Shown here in pieces: positions 19,138 through 28,876 of a stretch of DNA of 64,000 nt; the first letter of the stretch is position 1; the number at the start of each line of letters is the position of its first letter. A program made the position numbers and the translations under genes. The stretch lies in IMG/VR virus record IMGVR_UViG_3300044641_005643; one strand, written 5' to 3'. The DNA is from a virus. The notes below the pieces were generated by a model, which searched no databases, was not told the origin of the DNA, and worked only from the letters and a program-made list of their open reading frames with translations.

Positions 19138-20042
19138 TATTTTTTACGCCCTGCGCAATGTGCTCGCTGGCTAAAGCCTTGCGGACGATTACAGTTGATA
19201 CTGCGTTTGTACTTGGCACTCCACTTTTCTTTAAGAGTGGCAATTTGTTCTTGTAGTTGTGAAACACTGTCGGCTAGGTGCATTTTTTTAAGCTGTCGGC
19301 TCACTTCGCCGGGTCTCACATCTTTGGTAATACTCATACTGTATCTAGGATCACGCACTTGTTTTTTGTTAGCTACAACGCCTACACCAGCAGCTTCTTC
19401 ATTTACTGTTTGTGGTATCTTATCAAGCACACGACCCAATTCGGGGTCATCTCTACCATACATTTGTAACAGGTATTCGGATCTTGATTTAGGATTGTCT
19501 CGTACAGCATTCCAGGCAGCTCTAGCAGGTGTGCCATGACTGACATCCACTTGCTGTCCGTTGATTGTGATTACTTTTTGTCTTTCGTCAGCTATAATCA
19601 CGTACCCGTGTTTGTCAGCAGTTTCACACTTATCCAGGCTTTCAAAAGTTTTAAAGTAACTGGAACTGCCATCTTTTTTGACGCTGTCTGGACGCAAACG
19701 GTCTCGATCAGGTGCCCCTACAGCAACAACAAATATCGTGTTGGCAGGATTGAATCGCGGTTCGGGTAGTTTGTACGGATTGGTTACTTCAATAATACGG
19801 TCGCTAGGAACACCAGCTGCGGTCATTAAAACTGTTTTGTCGGAAAAATTGAATGGACTTTTGGGTGGCTCTACTTTGTTGCTGGTAGCAATGAAAACAC
19901 TGTCTCTACCAAATTTATTCTGCAGACTGCGAAATACATCGCCATGCCCAAGATGGAAGGGTTGAAAACGTCCTGGGTAGAGAACAACTAGTTCTGGACC
20001 AGCTTCGGCTATATAACTTTCAAATAAATCAGCAACAAACAT
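19137..20042 (-). CDS. cytidylyltransferase-like (HIGH) nucleotidyltransferase with basic C-terminal module
   Basis: YPGRFQPFHLGH motif; N-terminal MFVADLFE; C-terminal KWSAKYKRSINC...HCAGRKK. Confidence 0.7.
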   Translation of the reverse strand: MFVADLFESYIAEAGPELVVLYPGRFQPFHLGHGDVFRSLQNKFGRDSVFIATSNKVEPPKSPFNFSDKTVLMTAAGVPSDRIIEVTNPYKLPEPRFNPANTIFVVAVGAPDRDRLRPDSVKKDGSSSYFKTFESLDKCETADKHGYVIIADERQKVITINGQQVDVSHGTPARAAWNAVRDNPKSRSEYLLQMYGRDDPELGRVLDKIPQTVNEEAAGVGVVANKKQVRDPRYSMSITKDVRPGEVSRQLKKMHLADSVSQLQEQIATLKEKWSAKYKRSINCNRPQGFSQRAHCAGRKK

Positions 20043-20071
20043 GGAAATTCCATTATATTGCTGTATTTAGC

Positions 20072-20554
20072 TTAAATGTTTTCTAGTAACCAAATGTAAA
20101 AAGGACTCTGAAACGGCAGTAGCCATTTACCGTTCCATCCAAGATTGACGCAGTTTTTAACTGAAGCAGGTAACTCTTTGCCCTTGGCCAGCATTGCACG
20201 TGCATAACTTTGGGGATAATTTGGACTGTAATCGCTGGCTGTCCATAACAAAGAGCCTAGATCTATTTCTTCAATTTCAATTGAATCAATATTAAGCAAT
20301 AGATCTTCAATTATATTACCTTGCTCGTCTAGTACTGTGTCATAGATTGACTTATTTTTTAATTCTATTTCTAATGTGCAATTGCCTTCATTTACATTTG
20401 CTGAAAATTCAAAATATGCAGTTTCTTGTTTTTTAGCTTCTACACGACCCTGCACGAGTAACTCTCCATTTACAAATATATTAAACTCAGGTTGTTTTTT
20501 ATCCGTAGAACTGCTTAGTCCTATTTTAAAATGGAGAGTTTCTCTATCACTCAT
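20072..20554 (-). CDS. conserved hypothetical protein
   Basis: start at MSDRETL; C-terminal LGWNG.W...F.SPFYIWLLE. Confidence 0.65.
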   Translation of the reverse strand: MSDRETLHFKIGLSSSTDKKQPEFNIFVNGELLVQGRVEAKKQETAYFEFSANVNEGNCTLEIELKNKSIYDTVLDEQGNIIEDLLLNIDSIEIEEIDLGSLLWTASDYSPNYPQSYARAMLAKGKELPASVKNCVNLGWNGKWLLPFQSPFYIWLLENI

Positions 20555-20564
20555 AACAGTTATC

Positions 20565-21515
20565 TTATGCAGGAGCCTTTTGGGCCATTTTAATCGCATC
20601 TGCAAGTGCAGCAGGAGCAGATACATCAAGTTGTGGTTGATCACCAGCCGGTCCAAACTGTGGCATCTTGCTGAGGTCGCCCACAAACTCATAATGTCCA
20701 ATGTGATTCAACAACACTTTACCGTGTGCCCAGATTTCGCCACCCAGTGCGCTCCATCTGCGACAGAACAACCAATCCTCGCTCAGATAGTGTCCTTTTT
20801 CATCAATAGCAACATCAAAGATACTGTACATGGTAGGCTCGTACTGTTTGCCCAGGCCCACATCATCCACATACTTGGTTTCTGGATGTGCTTTGCATAG
20901 TGTTTCATACACATGTCGTTTGAACAACAAGAAACCGGTACCCATGGTATCTACAGTAAAGATATCACCTTGTACTTTGGTTTCACGTTTGAGATTGATA
21001 ACATAATTGACTGGAAGTGCTTTCTTGGGATACAGGCCACCAATTACATCTTTGTCGCAGGCCATCATCTGCAAGATACTTTCTGGTTGGAAACGAATAT
21101 CTGCATCAATAAACATAAAATGAGTGGCCGATGTATTAGTCATCATTTTGGCCATTAAGTTGTTTCTAGCACGAGTAACCAAACTTTCATTGACCATGGT
21201 GTCCAAACTCCAGTTTAGGCCAACTTGTTGCGCCATTAAGATGAATCGTAATAAGGATGTCATTGTGGGCTCACTAACATTGCCACCATAGCAAGGCATA
21301 CCAATATGCAAATGACATTTGGTAAAGTCAAATGGCGTTCCCTGTTGCTGCTGTTGTTTTTGTTGTGCCTGCTGAGCTGCCGCAGCTTTGATCATGGCAA
21401 CTGCATCCTGCGGACTGGTTGCTTGTTGTTGCTCTCTTTGAGCCGCTGCTGCTTTAATTGCTGCCACAGCACTGGCCTGCGAAGAGGCTTTATCTCCAAT
21501 TATTTTTTTGACCAT
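20565..21515 (-). CDS. GT-A fold glycosyltransferase with Ala/Gln-rich N-terminus
   Basis: ESLVTRARN, FIDADI (DxD), GTGFLL, SEDWLFC. Confidence 0.75.
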   Translation of the reverse strand: MVKKIIGDKASSQASAVAAIKAAAAQREQQQATSPQDAVAMIKAAAAQQAQQKQQQQQGTPFDFTKCHLHIGMPCYGGNVSEPTMTSLLRFILMAQQVGLNWSLDTMVNESLVTRARNNLMAKMMTNTSATHFMFIDADIRFQPESILQMMACDKDVIGGLYPKKALPVNYVINLKRETKVQGDIFTVDTMGTGFLLFKRHVYETLCKAHPETKYVDDVGLGKQYEPTMYSIFDVAIDEKGHYLSEDWLFCRRWSALGGEIWAHGKVLLNHIGHYEFVGDLSKMPQFGPAGDQPQLDVSAPAALADAIKMAQKAPA

Positions 21516-21537
21516 TGAGTTCTCTCTTTGTAATTGA

Positions 21538-21702
21538 TTAGGCTTTGTTGGCTTCAACAACAACGTTGTCGCCGAGTAGTTCTTGAGCTACCTGTTCAAG
21601 AGCTGTTCTGATATCTTCAGTAATAAAGGTACCAGGTGATTCATCATTTTTGATTAATTTGCTTACTGTGATAACTACCACTTCTTCATGTACTTTTGCC
21701 AT
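21538..21702 (-). CDS. 54-aa hypothetical protein
   Basis: MAKVHEEVVVITVSKLIK...; AAGGA RBS and TAAATA upstream; not in the ORF track. Confidence 0.65.
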   Translation of the reverse strand: MAKVHEEVVVITVSKLIKNDESPGTFITEDIRTALEQVAQELLGDNVVVEANKA

Positions 21703-21726
21703 ATGAGCAATCCTTGAATAATAAAG

Positions 21727-22449
21727 TTATTTATTATCCAAGCATACCAGCTCAGAAACTTCTCTAATCAAGTCAGGATGAATGAGAGTCAAAAACGTGG
21801 CCACATGCCTGTCATTGGTTAAGAAATTGGTTCCCCATATCCAGTTATATGGCTTGCTTAGACTTTCTCGCGCATGATCGCTGATTTTTATCAAATCGCC
21901 CAAGCTGTCCAAATAAGCCAATACCTGTTGTCTTACATCTACTTCAAATTGTTTTTCTCTCAGCCACACACGGTATCGATATTTGGGCGGCTTTTTGACA
22001 AGAATGACATGATTTTGTAATATTGCTTTGATTTCTTCATTGGCCGGCCCAGTGATGGCAGCAATTTTATCTCTGTGATTGGGACCTATAGATTTGGCTA
22101 CACTCTGTAAAACTAATTCATCCGTGGCATACACAGATATTTTGGGTTCTTCGGTTCTGATTTTGACATCAGGATATTCGTAATATAGATCTTTGAGACT
22201 GATCAAGAAACCAATGTCAGCTTCTTTGAGATGCTTGGCCAACTGTTTGTTCCACCATGACCCTTGACGTCTGTAATCTCTAATCCATTTTCTACGCTTT
22301 TCAATGTCGTAGCTGACGTTTTCGCAACGAATACTTTTACAACCTGGTGCTGTAATGTCTAACCTAAAATAATATTCGTTATAAAACTGTTTGTTTGATT
22401 CTTGAATATCAATATTGGGCGATAGGTTCTTCCAGAACAATGTATCCAT
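21727..22449 (-). CDS. hypothetical protein
   Basis: 240-aa ORF downstream of clpA. Confidence 0.7.
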   Translation of the reverse strand: MDTLFWKNLSPNIDIQESNKQFYNEYYFRLDITAPGCKSIRCENVSYDIEKRRKWIRDYRRQGSWWNKQLAKHLKEADIGFLISLKDLYYEYPDVKIRTEEPKISVYATDELVLQSVAKSIGPNHRDKIAAITGPANEEIKAILQNHVILVKKPPKYRYRVWLREKQFEVDVRQQVLAYLDSLGDLIKISDHARESLSKPYNWIWGTNFLTNDRHVATFLTLIHPDLIREVSELVCLDNK

Positions 22450-24700
22450 TTTCGTCTATTCTATGTTTGAAGTCAGCTGCTACCGGTTGAAATACAAATT
22501 TGCTATCCACACAATCAACTACTATAGTGGCATTGGGCATGATAGCTTCGAACAAAATCTTTTTACTCAAAGGCACTTTGATTGATTCATTGATCTTTCT
22601 TTGCAAAGGTCTTGCACCCATCTTGCTATCAAAACCATTCAGGATCAATTCATCCACTGCCTGTTCTGTAAGTCGCACACGCAACTGTTTGTCAAGTAGC
22701 AGTTCATTTAGTTCATTGATAAATTTATTCACAATCTTGCGCATGCTGAGTTGGTCAAGCTTGCTGAATTTTACTACGCCATCCAATCTGTTTCTGAACT
22801 CGGGTTTAAAGAAGTCTTTGACAGCTCGGTCATCTTCACCTTCGCGTTCCAAGGCAGTGGTAAATCCAATGGTGTTTCTATCGTTGTCTGCCGCCCCAAG
22901 ATTACTTGTTAAAATAATTATTGCGTTTCTGCAATCGGCTTTTTTGCCATTGCTGCTGGTAACTGAACCTTCATCCATCATTTGCAACAGCACGTTGCTG
23001 ACATCTGGGTGTGCTTTTTCTATTTCATCCATAAGGATGATACAGTTGGGATTCTTTTCAATGTCGGATATCAACAATCCACCACCCAAGTTGCCATCAT
23101 CATAACCCACATATCCGGGCGGAGCACCAATCAGCTTGGCCACGGTATGACGTTCTTGATATTCACTCATGTCATAACGTAACAGTTTCATACCAAGTGT
23201 TTCTGACAGCAGTTTGGCCAATTCTGTTTTGCCTGTGCCTGTGGGGCCTAGGAACAAGAAATTGCCAATGGGCTTGTTGATTGATTTGAGTCCGGCCTTG
23301 CTCACATAGATTTTTTCTAGCACTGTATCTACAGCCCGATCCTGACCGTACAACCTATCCTTGATCCGGTGTTCTAGATAATCTACACCTGCACTGTCTG
23401 TACCGGCCTGCACGCCAATTTGATCCACTGGAATTTTGGTAATTCTACTGATGGCATTCACAATGTCTCGCTTGCCAATTGACCATACCGTGTGTTTGAT
23501 TCTATTCTTCGCACAGCAGGCATCGATTAGGTCAATGGCCTTGTCGGGCAATTTTTTATCAGTTTGATATCTCACTGACAAATCAACTGCTGCGTCAATG
23601 GCGTCATCGTAAATGGTGCCACCATGGAAATCCTCAAAGTTGAATCGCAAACCACGCAAAATTTCTTTGGCAATTTCTGGCGTGGGTTCATCAATGGTCA
23701 CACGCTGGAACCTACGCATGAGTGCGCGGTCTTTCTCAAAGCTTTGTGTGTATTCTTCCCACGTGGTGCTGGCAATTACTTTGATCTTGCCTTTGCTGAG
23801 TGCAGGCTTGATCATGTTGGCTAGATCCACGCTGCTCTGACTGCCTGCACCGGCACCACGCATTTGATGCGCTTCATCAATGAAAAGAATCGTCTTGCCT
23901 TTTACGTTAAGAGCAGACAAAATTTCTTGTATCTTTTCTTCAAAGTCGCCTCTATATTTGCTGCCAGCCAACAGGCTACCAATATCTAGGTTATACACAG
24001 TGTAATCGTAAAGATATTCGGGCACAGTTTTGGTCACTATTGATAATGCTAATCCTTCAGCAATAGCAGTTTTACCCACACCGGGATCGCCTACCATAAG
24101 CACATTGGATTTATTTCTTCGTGCCAGTATTTCTACTATGTCATTGAGTTCTTGTGTGCGACCAATCACAGGATCAATCTTGCCGTCAGTGGCCTGCTTG
24201 TTGAGATTTTCGCAATAGTGATCCAACACTTTGTCGGCTCGATTGGTAGTTGCTATACTCTTTCTGGCATCGGACTTGTAGCTTTTGTTGTAGATTTCAA
24301 CCAGTTTGGCTCGATCAAGATTGTACTTGCTCATGAAGTAATGAGCATAGCTGTTTGATTCGGCATGAATGCTCAAAAACAAATCCATCAACTCAATGTG
24401 TGTTCTAGCACTGAATAACACTTGTGTAAATGCCCGATTAAAAACACGTTCCAATGCATGTGTTTTTTTGGGTTCCTGTTCATCCACAATCAAGTTGGTG
24501 GCCTGTAACAGGTATGATTCTAGTTCGGCATCAAGACTGCCAACATCTGCACCAAATTGGGTCAAAAGGTCTTTGAACGGATCAAATCTGATCATTGACA
24601 AGAACACATGTTCCAGTGTCACGTACTCGTGACTGAGGGTCTTGGCCAGTTCGGTGGCTTCGGCCACAATATGATCAATTTCGGGATTGGTTTGCAGCAT
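22409..24700 (-). CDS. clpA: ClpA ATP-dependent Clp protease ATPase subunit
   Basis: Clp N-domain, two AAA modules (GDPGVGKT, GPTGTGKT), IGF ClpP-docking loop, no ClpB M-domain. Confidence 0.92.
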   Translation of the reverse strand: MLQTNPEIDHIVAEATELAKTLSHEYVTLEHVFLSMIRFDPFKDLLTQFGADVGSLDAELESYLLQATNLIVDEQEPKKTHALERVFNRAFTQVLFSARTHIELMDLFLSIHAESNSYAHYFMSKYNLDRAKLVEIYNKSYKSDARKSIATTNRADKVLDHYCENLNKQATDGKIDPVIGRTQELNDIVEILARRNKSNVLMVGDPGVGKTAIAEGLALSIVTKTVPEYLYDYTVYNLDIGSLLAGSKYRGDFEEKIQEILSALNVKGKTILFIDEAHQMRGAGAGSQSSVDLANMIKPALSKGKIKVIASTTWEEYTQSFEKDRALMRRFQRVTIDEPTPEIAKEILRGLRFNFEDFHGGTIYDDAIDAAVDLSVRYQTDKKLPDKAIDLIDACCAKNRIKHTVWSIGKRDIVNAISRITKIPVDQIGVQAGTDSAGVDYLEHRIKDRLYGQDRAVDTVLEKIYVSKAGLKSINKPIGNFLFLGPTGTGKTELAKLLSETLGMKLLRYDMSEYQERHTVAKLIGAPPGYVGYDDGNLGGGLLISDIEKNPNCIILMDEIEKAHPDVSNVLLQMMDEGSVTSSNGKKADCRNAIIILTSNLGAADNDRNTIGFTTALEREGEDDRAVKDFFKPEFRNRLDGVVKFSKLDQLSMRKIVNKFINELNELLLDKQLRVRLTEQAVDELILNGFDSKMGARPLQRKINESIKVPLSKKILFEAIMPNATIVVDCVDSKFVFQPVAADFKHRIDENGYIVLEEPIAQY

Positions 24701-24708
24701 AAAAATAT

Positions 24709-25575
24709 TTATTGAATGTTGAATAGATTTCTAATACCCTGTTGCTGCTCTGGGGTAAGGTCGGTAGCTACTGTTATTTTAACATTGATTAAGAGATTGC
24801 CCCTAACGTTTTGGTTCATTGCATACAGGCCTTGTTCGGCCAATCTAAAACGAGTGCCTGGCTGTGTGCCAGCTGGTATGTTGATGTCAAATCGTTTGCC
24901 ATCTAGTCCGGCGACTGTGACTGAGCCACCTACCATGGCCAGCACACAGTCTATGTCAATGTTTTTGTGTAAATCTATATTATCTACACCAAATTCTGAA
25001 TTGGCTTCGATATTGACTTTGACATACAGATCGCCTCTGGGCAATGATGCAAAGAAGTTGTCACCCAGGCCGGAATATTTTACAGTGCTGCTGGGTCTAA
25101 CACCACGTGGTATTTTGACTTCTACAGGATAGGTATCACCATTGCTGGTGCGCACGTTTATGACCTTGGTCTGCTCTTGCAATGTGCTGGCTAGACTCAC
25201 TATCAATTCTATCTGTAAATCTTTGTTTCGCCTTGGTTGTCTAAAAACATTGAATGGATCTGCGTTGTTTGCAAAGCCAGATCCAAAAGCAAAACCAAAG
25301 TTTCTCAACATCTCTTCCATTTCGTGCGGCATGCCTGAGCCCACGTCCTGTCCATTTACACTGAAACGGAATCCGCCCATGCCACGACGTTCGGCATCGT
25401 ATTGTGCTCTGCGATTGTCGTCGCTCAATGTTTCGTATGCAGATTGTATTTGTTGGAATCGATTGGTGTCACCGCCTTTGTCGGGATGATGTTGATTGGC
25501 CAATTTACGATAGGCCTTTTTGATTTCATCCTGATTGGCAGATTCTGAAACGCCTAAGGTGTCGTAATGAGTCAT
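24709..25575 (-). CDS. dnaJ: DnaJ/CbpA-type co-chaperone (no zinc finger)
   Basis: J domain with HPD, G/F-rich region, C-terminal domain; start at MTHYDTLG. Confidence 0.88.
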   Translation of the reverse strand: MTHYDTLGVSESANQDEIKKAYRKLANQHHPDKGGDTNRFQQIQSAYETLSDDNRRAQYDAERRGMGGFRFSVNGQDVGSGMPHEMEEMLRNFGFAFGSGFANNADPFNVFRQPRRNKDLQIELIVSLASTLQEQTKVINVRTSNGDTYPVEVKIPRGVRPSSTVKYSGLGDNFFASLPRGDLYVKVNIEANSEFGVDNIDLHKNIDIDCVLAMVGGSVTVAGLDGKRFDINIPAGTQPGTRFRLAEQGLYAMNQNVRGNLLINVKITVATDLTPEQQQGIRNLFNIQ

Positions 25576-25581
25576 GATACA

Positions 25582-25610
25582 ATTATATACCTTTCGCTTG
25601 TGTTTGTCAA
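25582..25610 (-). promoter_or_regulatory. perfect sigma70 promoter, likely leaderless dnaJ
   Basis: TTGACA-N17-TATAAT-N6-ATG. Confidence 0.75.
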
Positions 25611-25612
25611 AC

Positions 25613-25637
25613 AAAAAGAGCCCACGAATGGGCTCTT
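25613..25637 (-). terminator. intrinsic terminator of the lysis operon
   Basis: AAGAGCCCA-UUCG-UGGGCUCUU followed by a U run. Confidence 0.85.
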
Positions 25638-25656
25638 ATGTTTTGGTTGTGTTTAA

Positions 25657-25854
25657 TTACTTCTTGCCGCTGTCTTTTTTTGCATCTTCAATCTTAGTAC
25701 CTTCTAACTTCTTGTGTACCTTGATTGTTTTGCAAACTTCTTTTTCTTTGTTGGTTTTGTTATCAAATTCTTTGACACAAACCCGCTTTTCTTCGGCTGC
25801 ATAAACACTGGTCAGTGCCATTACGCCAATCATTAATGCTACGAAATAATTCAT
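25657..25854 (-). CDS. small secreted protein
   Basis: signal peptide ending VYA, Cys pair. Confidence 0.6.
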   Translation of the reverse strand: MNYFVALMIGVMALTSVYAAEEKRVCVKEFDNKTNKEKEVCKTIKVHKKLEGTKIEDAKKDSGKK

Positions 25855-26078
25855 TTTGGAATACCCTTTTTAGTAAATTTTTCTGATGCTGTGAATCCTA
25901 GTCCGCCTAACACAATGTACATGATAGCATCAAAGGTTTGCGGACTTACTTTTTTTTCAAAAAACAACTCAGCGAGAAAACCAATCATGATCAGTAAAAA
26001 AGCCAAAAATGTGATGACTCTTTTACTGCTGGGATTACTCTCGCTTTCTCCAGAAAGCATTTTAATTAAAAAATGCAT
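25851..26078 (-). CDS. holin-like two-TM protein
   Basis: SSKRV plus two TM segments, basic C-terminus, in the lysis cassette. Confidence 0.55.
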   Translation of the reverse strand: MHFLIKMLSGESESNPSSKRVITFLAFLLIMIGFLAELFFEKKVSPQTFDAIMYIVLGGLGFTASEKFTKKGIPK

Positions 26079-26593
26079 TATCTCTCTGGATGATCTGGTT
26101 GCACTGGTGCTTCTTTACCGCCAAATCCTCCACCTACCGACGGAGTAAAACTGGCTAGTGCAGCGTCGGCCAATGATGCTAGTGGTGCAGGTTCTGCTGC
26201 TCCAAATGCTGCTGGTGCTGCTGCTACACCAAAATCTCCCAACGTTGGTTCAATTCTGCCAGGTGCAGGCGCTGGTGTTGGTGCAGGCGGAGGAGTATAA
26301 GGTTTATTGGCAGCTTCTATTGCCTTGGCTCTCAATTCTTTGTCATCACCGGCCAACATGATACCTGACAATGTACCAGTCAAGAATGTGGCAATAGGAA
26401 TAATAAGTTCAAAGAATTTATTATCAACCGGACTCATACCGTTCATGGGCTGTGTTACAAAAATTAGGCTATACAATACAACAAAAACAATACCAAACAA
26501 TGTTAAACCTAGTACAATACCAATAAAGAATTTTAATCTAACATTCAGTTCTTCGGTTGTGTATCTTGGTCCTTCCCAAATATCTTTAATCAT
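26078..26593 (-). CDS. two-TM membrane protein with Pro/Ala-rich tail
   Basis: two hydrophobic helices; in the lysis cassette. Confidence 0.65.
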   Translation of the reverse strand: MIKDIWEGPRYTTEELNVRLKFFIGIVLGLTLFGIVFVVLYSLIFVTQPMNGMSPVDNKFFELIIPIATFLTGTLSGIMLAGDDKELRAKAIEAANKPYTPPPAPTPAPAPGRIEPTLGDFGVAAAPAAFGAAEPAPLASLADAALASFTPSVGGGFGGKEAPVQPDHPER

Positions 26594-26832
26594 TTACATT
26601 CTCCTTTTTTAGGTGCAGGTGCAGCGGGGGCAAAACTGTTGCCGGTCTGACCGCCTGCTTTGTCTTTTTCATATGGTGTTAGGTCTTCTGGGCAAGTGCC
26701 GTTAGCACTGCAAAATGGCTTCTTACATTCCTTTTTGTCCCAGTTGTCAGGATCTTGACAAGGATATCTATATCTCTCCTGACAAGCCACCAATAACGGA
26801 AGTGCTAGTAGTAGAAATAGATATCTCATCAA
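26590..26832 (-). CDS. Cys-rich lipoprotein
   Basis: lipobox LVAC; RYPCQDP.NW...C...C...C. Confidence 0.7.
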   Translation of the reverse strand: MMRYLFLLLALPLLVACQERYRYPCQDPDNWDKKECKKPFCSANGTCPEDLTPYEKDKAGGQTGNSFAPAAPAPKKGECK

Positions 26833-27446
26833 TGAACTCCTAACACATGAAGCGCATGGTTGTAGTGTTTGATTCTATCATCTAGTCCAATAAAGCCGCC
26901 ATTGATTTTGCGAGTCATGGTTTTGATATCACCGGCATCGGCTTCTTTGTTTAGTTTGTTGGTTTCCCAGAACCAGCAGGCACTTTGTGCTGCACCCTCA
27001 AAGGTCTGCGTGTATTCAGCTGCCTCTTCGGCTGAGATTTCTAAACTGGCTGCAAACCAAGTGTAGTTTGTTTTTCCAGTCAATTGAATCAAGCCACGAC
27101 CACGATAGCGCCAGCCATCGCCCGACGCTTCATCACCGTTGCCCATTCTGTTGGCATAGATTCTGTTGGCAATTTTTTCTGGCTTCTTCTCGTAGGCCTT
27201 GGCTGTGGGCATGTCTTTAAAATATTTGCCAAAGATCTTCATCAAGCTTTCGGCTTTGTAATTCAAGTTTTCTGTAAGGAAAACAAAATTACCTGATTCA
27301 TGAGCACACTGTGCTATGAATGCTGCAATACGCTGCGGAGTATTGATTTCGTAATCCGGCAACAATTGACTCAAGGCATTGTGCCAATAGTCAATGTATG
27401 GATTTTTAGGTAGTAATTCTCTCAACTGCTGTTTGGTTAATTCCAT
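26829..27446 (-). CDS. GH19 (chitinase-like) endolysin
   Basis: AQCAHES, YRGRGLIQLTG, TRKINGG; start MELTK after AAGGAG. Confidence 0.9.
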   Translation of the reverse strand: MELTKQQLRELLPKNPYIDYWHNALSQLLPDYEINTPQRIAAFIAQCAHESGNFVFLTENLNYKAESLMKIFGKYFKDMPTAKAYEKKPEKIANRIYANRMGNGDEASGDGWRYRGRGLIQLTGKTNYTWFAASLEISAEEAAEYTQTFEGAAQSACWFWETNKLNKEADAGDIKTMTRKINGGFIGLDDRIKHYNHALHVLGVH

Positions 27447-27507
27447 TCCGGCTCCTTTTATCGATTGTGTTTGCCGCCACATACGGGGCAGGTTTCTTGT
27501 TGTTGCA

Positions 27508-27774
27508 TCACTTTACTTCCTCAAATATCTTTTTTTGTTTTGTGTGCCACTCGTTCCAGCCTTGTACCTTTTGAGCGCAGGCATAATATTCGGTATAATT
27601 TTCTACTACCACCTTGTGTAAATCCACAATAGAAACTGAGTCGCCTTCAATTTTTTTAAGTTCCGGGCAACTGGCTTTTAACGATGGTGGTGCTTCGGGA
27701 AATTTGGCAACTACAGGTACAGTAGTAGAACAGCCAGTTAATAGTAATAAAATTAATATGCTAGATAATTTCAT
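27508..27774 (-). CDS. o-spanin (Rz1-like lipoprotein)
   Basis: lipobox LTGC, Pro-rich, next to the i-spanin and endolysin. Confidence 0.7.
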   Translation of the reverse strand: MKLSSILILLLLTGCSTTVPVVAKFPEAPPSLKASCPELKKIEGDSVSIVDLHKVVVENYTEYYACAQKVQGWNEWHTKQKKIFEEVK

Positions 27775-28283
27775 TTTGCCGCCGCCTTATTCTGTTCTTC
27801 CACAATAATTCTTGGCACAGGGCAAGATTTAATAGCATCTAATAATTCTTTTTGTCGTGCTTCAAATGCAGCACGCTCTTCTGCGCTCATGTCTTTGACT
27901 ATTTCAGTGGTTTTGCCTTCTACCAACCTAGTGATATATTCAACTTGTTTTCGACCTTTTTCTCTAATCAGTTTTGTGCGTTCTACAGTCTTGGCTTCTA
28001 ATTCACTATTAAGCTGTTTGCTTTTGGCTTCAGCAGCAGCCACCTTGGCTTCCATTTCTGCCACACGCTCGCGCCAGGCCATTTCTGTGCTGTAACCACC
28101 GTACCAATACAATCCTGAACAAAATAGGATTATGGATACAATTTGTATTGGAAGTTTGTATTGACTGACAAACGGAAGTTTGCCGAGGAAAAAACCCAAT
28201 ATTATACCTGCCAAGCCCACAAGCAGCATGGCATAGGTGATATAGAGAATTAAACTGTCAGGTAGTAAATGTAGTAGCCACAT
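27771..28283 (-). CDS. i-spanin (Rz-like)
   Basis: N-terminal TM segments followed by a long coiled coil. Confidence 0.65.
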   Translation of the reverse strand: MWLLHLLPDSLILYITYAMLLVGLAGIILGFFLGKLPFVSQYKLPIQIVSIILFCSGLYWYGGYSTEMAWRERVAEMEAKVAAAEAKSKQLNSELEAKTVERTKLIREKGRKQVEYITRLVEGKTTEIVKDMSAEERAAFEARQKELLDAIKSCPVPRIIVEEQNKAAAK

Positions 28284-28326
28284 AATAAACTGTTAATCGA
28301 AACTAACAGTATTTATGTGATTTTGG

Positions 28327-28875
28327 TTAAAGAATGCCTGCTAGGCTTCTAATTGATTGAGTATGATCATTGACAGGGGCTCGAGTGGTCACTTTTACAC
28401 CTGCTGCTGTACGCATCTCATCCAGCCCTTTTTTGCCATATTGAGCTTGATATGCGCTGGTTGTTAGCGGAACATTGTTTTTGATAGTGTCTGCTGACAG
28501 TTCTAGTTTTTCTGGTCGCGATCTTATTTGAACACTCCAGTCGCTCATTTTTTGACTAGTTAAATTCAGTATGTCTTTCAGCATTGCTACGATGTTTTCT
28601 GCTGCGCCTGGCTCACGATCACATTCCACAAATACTAGATAATCACCGTCATCGAGTTCTCCGGCACTTACATCAGCATCAAGTACCCACTCGTAGCCTT
28701 TTTCGATGAAATTGACTAGATCTTCTGCTGGCTCACGTCCAGTCACTTTAAAACTTAGTACCAAAATATCTTCATCCTTGCCCATTTTGCTTTTGTACTC
28801 GTCAATGTGCAATTCTGGATGTACCAGTCTAGCCAAATCGTTTTGTTCTAGTCCTTCAGTGATATTTGCTGACAT
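28327..28875 (-). CDS. conserved hypothetical protein
   Basis: start MSANITEG after AAGGA; C-terminal LAGI. Confidence 0.65.
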   Translation of the reverse strand: MSANITEGLEQNDLARLVHPELHIDEYKSKMGKDEDILVLSFKVTGREPAEDLVNFIEKGYEWVLDADVSAGELDDGDYLVFVECDREPGAAENIVAMLKDILNLTSQKMSDWSVQIRSRPEKLELSADTIKNNVPLTTSAYQAQYGKKGLDEMRTAAGVKVTTRAPVNDHTQSIRSLAGIL

Positions 28876-28876
28876 T

